From the NCBI RefSeq assembly GCF_009914755.1, contig NC_060935.1: a stretch of DNA of 64,000 bases. One strand, given 5' to 3'. This document shows positions 62,590 through 64,000 of this stretch, piece after piece. The DNA is from the human T2T-CHM13v2.0 reference genome, Homo sapiens. The notes beneath the pieces were generated by a model, which was not told where the DNA came from, searched no databases, and saw only the letters and a program-made list of their open reading frames with translations. Position numbers and translations under genes: made by a program. Numbering within the stretch: position 1 is the stretch's first letter; every line of letters begins with the position of its first letter.

Positions 62590-64000
62590 GACTCAGAGAT
62601 AAAATTTGCATAACATAAGAATCATCACTTTAACCATTTTAAAATGTAAAATGCAGTGCTTTTTAGTATATTCACAAGGTTGTGCAACCATCGCCCCTAA
62701 TTCCAGAACATTGCATCACCACGGGGAAAAAAAAACAAAACACCTCTGTACCACCTAGAATCACTCTTTATTCCTTTCTTGCTCCATTCCCAGACAACCT
62801 CGAATCTACTTTCTGTCTTTAGGGATTGCCTTTTTGGACATTTTATATAAATGGAATCATATAACATGTAGTCCTTTGGGTCTGTCTGCTTTCATTTAGC
62901 ACGTTTTCAAGGTTCATAGCATCTATCAGTACTTTATTCCTTTTTATGGCTGAATAATATTCTGTTGTGTGTATGTATTACATTTCGTTTATCCATTCAT
63001 CCACTCATGGACATTTGGGTTGTTTCTACTTTTTCATCATTATGAATAATACTGCTGTGAACAATCTTGTACCAGTTTTTGTGTGACCATATGTTTTCAA
63101 TTTCTTAGATATATATGGAGGAATAGAATTGTTGGAGCATATGGTAACTCTTCATTTAACTTTTTGAGAAACTGTGAAATGATTTTTCCAAAGCACCTGT
63201 ACCATTTTACATTCCCATCAGTAATGTAAGAGGGTTCCAATTTCTCTACAACCTTGCCAACACTTACTGCCTCCCCTTTTTGCTATGGCCATCCTAGTGT
63301 GTATGAAGTCTTATCTCATTTTGCTTTTGATTTTCATCTCTCTAAAGACTAATGATCTTGAGCATATTCTTATATGCTTATTGGCCATTTCTTTATAACA
63401 GTATCCGGATATTTTGTCCATGCTTTAACTGGCTTGTTTTTATTGTTGAGTTGTTAGAGTTCTTTTACATTCTGGACACTAGAACCTTGTCAGGTACCTG
63501 ATTTGCAAATATTTTATCCCATTCTGTGGGAGAAAATTCCCCCATTCTTTTGTTTTCTTGTTAGTGTCGTTTGATGTACTCAAGTTTTAGATTTTGATGA
63601 ATTCCAGTGGATCTATAATTTCTCTTTTGTTGCCTATGCTTTTAGTGTCAAATTTAAGAAACTGTTGCCTGATGTAAGATTGTAAAGATTTATACTTTAT
63701 GCTTTCTTTTAGGAGTCCCAGCCTCCTAAGTAGCGGGGACTACAGTCTTAAAGTTTAGCTCTTATATTTAGGTCTTTGTCCATTTTGAGTTAATATTTGT
63801 ATATAGTATGATGTAGGGTGCAAATTCAAATGTTTGTATGTGAATATTCAGATTCCAGCACCATTTGTTGAAGATATGTTTTACTATTAGATGGTCTTGG
63901 CACCTTTGTTGAAAATAAATAGGTCATAGATGTATGGGTTTATTTCTGGAATCTCAATTCTTTTTTTTTCCTTTTTTTTTTCTTCCCCTGTGGACTCAAT
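62590..64000 (-). mobile_element. Old L1M (MB/MC-type) 3' region, antisense
   Basis: tattcacaaggttgtgcaaccatc; tttttatggctgaataatattc; ttttacattcccatcagtaatg; ccagcaccatttgttgaaga. Confidence 0.8.

Overview
Human (primate) genomic DNA, recognisable as the EI24-STT3A-CHEK1 region (11q24), with all three genes on the + strand. The window holds the last coding exon and 3' UTR of EI24, the complete STT3A gene (non-coding exon 1 plus 17 coding exons; manual splicing gives an intact 705-aa ORF with the WWDYG and DINKFLWM motifs), and CHEK1 from its CpG-island promoter through coding exon 11 (codons 1-411; the gene continues past the window). Introns are dense with Alu, MIR, L2, old L1, MLT1 and Tigger/Charlie MITE relics, which explain most of the long ORFs in the track. 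I found no new multi-gene system. The best leads are: (1) three upstream CHEK1 AUGs share one alternative frame through exon 2, which stops early if exon 3 is included but fuses in frame with the rest of the kinase if exon 3 is skipped; (2) one target-site duplication encloses both an Alu and a 115-bp copy of sequence 4.1 kb downstream; (3) an exact 320-bp Alu-Alu tandem duplication creates a chimeric Alu; (4) a fold-back hairpin lies inside a single Alu in CHEK1 intron 8; (5) the STT3A leader has several uORFs, one with an AUGA stop/start overlap on the main start codon. Exon coordinates were read by hand from GT/AG boundaries. Repeat boundaries and subfamily names are approximate and were not checked with RepeatMasker.
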